From NCBI GenBank assembly GCA_964016885.1, contig OZ024741.1:324508001-324572000 (forward strand): a DNA stretch of 64,000 bases. The letters run 5' to 3'. The DNA comes from Eledone cirrhosa. Lineage: Eukaryota. Below, one piece after another: positions 58,664-64,000 of this stretch (the stretch's first letter is position 1; each line of letters opens with the position of its first letter). The translations under genes and the position numbers were made by a program. The notes under the pieces are model-generated. The model was given only the letters and a program-made list of their open reading frames with translations. It did not search any database and had not been told where the DNA came from.

Positions 58664-58753
58664 CTTTATATATATATATATATAGTGAAAAATGGAACGG
58701 GAACAAAACAGAAAGGCAGTACGAACAAAGGTTTATTAGTTTCACGCTCTCTC

Positions 58754-61202
<2,449 letters not shown>

Positions 61203-61389
61203 CATATATACCTGTATACGTACATAAGGCGGCGAATTGGCAGATTCGTTGAACGTCGGATATAACACTTTGCCGAATTCGTTCCGACTCTCTGCTAAAT
61301 TCAATTTTGCCTTTTAAGGTCGATAAAGAATATCAGTCTACTGGGAGCGATTCACACACTTCAACAACATTCTAATCAATATTGTTTGT

Positions 61390-61432
61390 ACAGGTAATCA
61401 AAGTGTGCATACATTTTTTGGGACACCCTGTA
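61390..61432 (-). mobile_element. Single Tc1/mariner-type terminal inverted repeat
   Basis: TA|CAGGGTGTCCCAAAAAATGTATGCACACTTTGA; the partner end was not found. Confidence 0.5.
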
Positions 61433-63467
61433 TATCTCTTTCTCGCATGCTTTCTCTGGCTCGCTATCCTTCTCGGGAAGAAATCTGCTGCATTCAGACC
61501 TGGAGAGGAAATTGGCTCCGCCAGGTTTTAAAATGTCGTAGATACGCTGTATGAGGGACACATTACTAGCATCTCTCATGAGTTACGGGCCCATACACAC
61601 ACACACAAACACACGCACACACAAACGCGCGCGCGCACACAACACATATATATGAATTAACTGTTTCTACTTTAGGCACAAGGCCAGTAATTACCCAGTG
61701 CATTACTGGTACTTTATTTTATCGACCCCGTAAGGATGAAAGGCAAAGTCAACCTCGGCGGGATTTGAACTCAGATCGTAAAGGGACGTAACTATGCTGG
61801 AAAGCATGGCGTCCGACCCTCTACCGATACTGCCAATCCACCGCCCCATATATATGAATTAACATTGTTGTCTGAGATCGATACGAAGCGAGAGTTTATT
61901 TAAATTCATATAAAAATGAGAAAACCAATCGCTAGAACAGCCGTTCAAACAGCGAAATACTGCCAATAGCAGCAATGGGAAAGAATGCCTCGGAAAACAG
62001 AGACCAGCGGCCAGCAGTCGGCAGAGAAACAATCCACGTGTTGGGTGGCAGATGAAATATAGAAAAGATTGTAAGAGGAGGAGGGTATAGAAGTGACCGG
62101 AAGAAGGAAATAAATAAAGCCGATGTACAAAACAAGTTCACACACATCTTCACTGTCATCAGCTCTCAAACTAGCAAAATGGTTTCGCACGATTTAATTG
62201 AGAGTACCATTTTAAAATGCTGGATCTTTCAGCAGAAAAATAAATCTTTCTGCTGGTATGATGTGTGTGATAAAACAAACAACACATAGAAGGACGAAAG
62301 AAGACAAAGAAAAGAAAATAACAGGATAGTGACCCTCAAGTCTGTCCTAAATACAAAGCTAATCATAGCTATGATAAAGTTAAATAAATAAATATTGTCT
62401 CTGATCGAGACGGTGTGAGAGTGTATTCATATAAAAATGAGAAAACCCATCGCAGAACAGCCGCCAAAACAGCTAAATATTGTCAATGACAGTGATGGGC
62501 AAACATGCTTAAGAGGACAAAGACCAACGGCCAGCGGTCGACATAGAGACAATCCACGAGATGGTTGGCAGATGAAATACCTGTTGATCTGAGTTGTTTG
62601 TTTCGTTAAAATAGTGGTAAGTACATCTGAACGTAGCCAATAGACTGTGTTATTGAGTCATTAGAGGAAATGAGAGTGCAGGTATGAACTGAAGTATAGT
62701 TTCTGCTTGGTCAGTCACTGTTAAAAGGTGTGTGGATGTCATGAGAATGACCCGAGTAGATGGGCCTACTCTGACCATTCGTCTATAGGCTGGAGAATTG
62801 ATAGATGAGAGGGTGTTAATGTGGTTCCGAATCTAAGGGTTGGAAAAGAACACCTGCGTGATGCTCCTCGCTATTGGTGAATTCAGATGTTATATATTTC
62901 ATTGCTCCCTATTTTCCTTCTGTTTACATGCGTTTATATAAATCCTCAATGTCCCTGTTTGTGTGTTGCCCTCTTTGTTTCTGTCCTTGTAACTAATAAA
63001 GAAATAATAACAATAACAACATTGATAATAATGATAATAATAATTGTTTCTACTTTTGGCAGCAATTATCCCAGTACTTTACTGGTACTTTTTTTTATCG
63101 ACCCCGTAAGGATGAAAGGCAAAGTTAACCCCGGCAGGATTTGACCTGAGGCCGTAAAGGGACTAACTCTAGGCTGTAAAGCTTGGCTTCCGATACTCTA
63201 CTAATACTGCCAATCCACCACAGTAATGCTAATAATAATGGTTTCTTATATAGGCACAAGGCCAGCAATTTTGGGGGAGGTGAAAGTCAATTAAATTGAC
63301 CCCAGTGCGTGACTGGTACTTTATTTTATCTAGCCCGTAAGGATGAAAGGCATTTGAACTCAGATCATAAAGGGCGGTAAAATCATGGCGTCCAACCCTC
63401 TACCGATACTGCCAATCCACTGCCCTAAATTAATGATAACAATAATGATAATGATGATGATAATAAC

Positions 63468-63647
63468 GAAGAAGAAGAAGAAGAAGAAGAAGAAGAAGAA
63501 GAAGAAGAAGAAGAAGAAGAAGAAGAAGAAGAAGAAGAAGAAGAAGAAGAAGAAGAAGAAGAAGAAGAAGAAGAAGAAGAAGAAGAAGAAGAAGAAGAAG
63601 AAGAAGAAGAAGAAGAAGAAGAAGAAGAAGAAGAAGAAGAAGAAGAA
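63468..63647. repeat. (GAA)n microsatellite, ~60 units
   Basis: Direct inspection. Confidence 0.97.
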
Positions 63648-63664
63648 CGTTACATATGATCGAA

Positions 63665-64000
63665 AACAAATATGGAAAATCACTGACAGTTGATGACATT
63701 AACAAGCTGCTATATGTCACTGCAACGGTGAGTACTGGCTAGCTGCAAGCAAAAAGAACAAAGAATACAAATGCGAAACAGAAATGGCAGAGACAGCCAG
63801 AAAGAAAATTTACAGAGTTGAGGAAGGATGCCCTTCTCGTATCTGAAATAGATAGGGGAACTGACATCAACCTCAACAGGCTTTCTAAGCTGAGAAGGAA
63901 ATACATAATCAATTAGGAAATCGATTGGAAAGACGTTGGCAAATCAATCAAACAAATGGTGCAGGTGAAGGCACACATATTCTTTTAACAGAACAAGATC
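63665..64000 (+). pseudogene. Decayed R4/Dong-like non-LTR element, region upstream of RT
   Basis: DINKLLYVTATV..QKWQRQPERKFTELRKD..KLRRKYII..SIKQMVQVKA resembles the pre-RT region of R4/Dong proteins (from memory). Confidence 0.5.

Overview
AT-rich, microsatellite-dense animal genomic DNA. The tRNA-derived SINEs and repeat landscape suggest a cephalopod or octopod, which is an inference. I recognise no host exons; the window is almost entirely transposon-derived. It holds one end-to-end but frameshifted Helitron (2017-9490), fragments of RTE, CR1-like, CRE-like and R4/Dong-like LINEs, and two SINE families. Most notable is a dense population of Penelope-like elements (PLEs; RT + GIY-YIG) from three families, stacked in (TA)n microsatellites. 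Reading the non-coding parts by eye gives about 19 type-I hammerhead ribozyme (HHR) motifs from about 8 sequence families, several with compensatory base changes or atypical cores. Many sit in ORF-less units: long fold-back inverted repeats (3404-3805, 19447-19796) and a young 422-bp x3.45 tandem array with an inverted copy (55454-57248). Each complete unit of that array carries a canonical minimal HHR and a consensus splice donor, so it is a candidate retrozyme (circular RNA) system mobilised by the PLEs. All structures were paired manually; no folding or database search was run.
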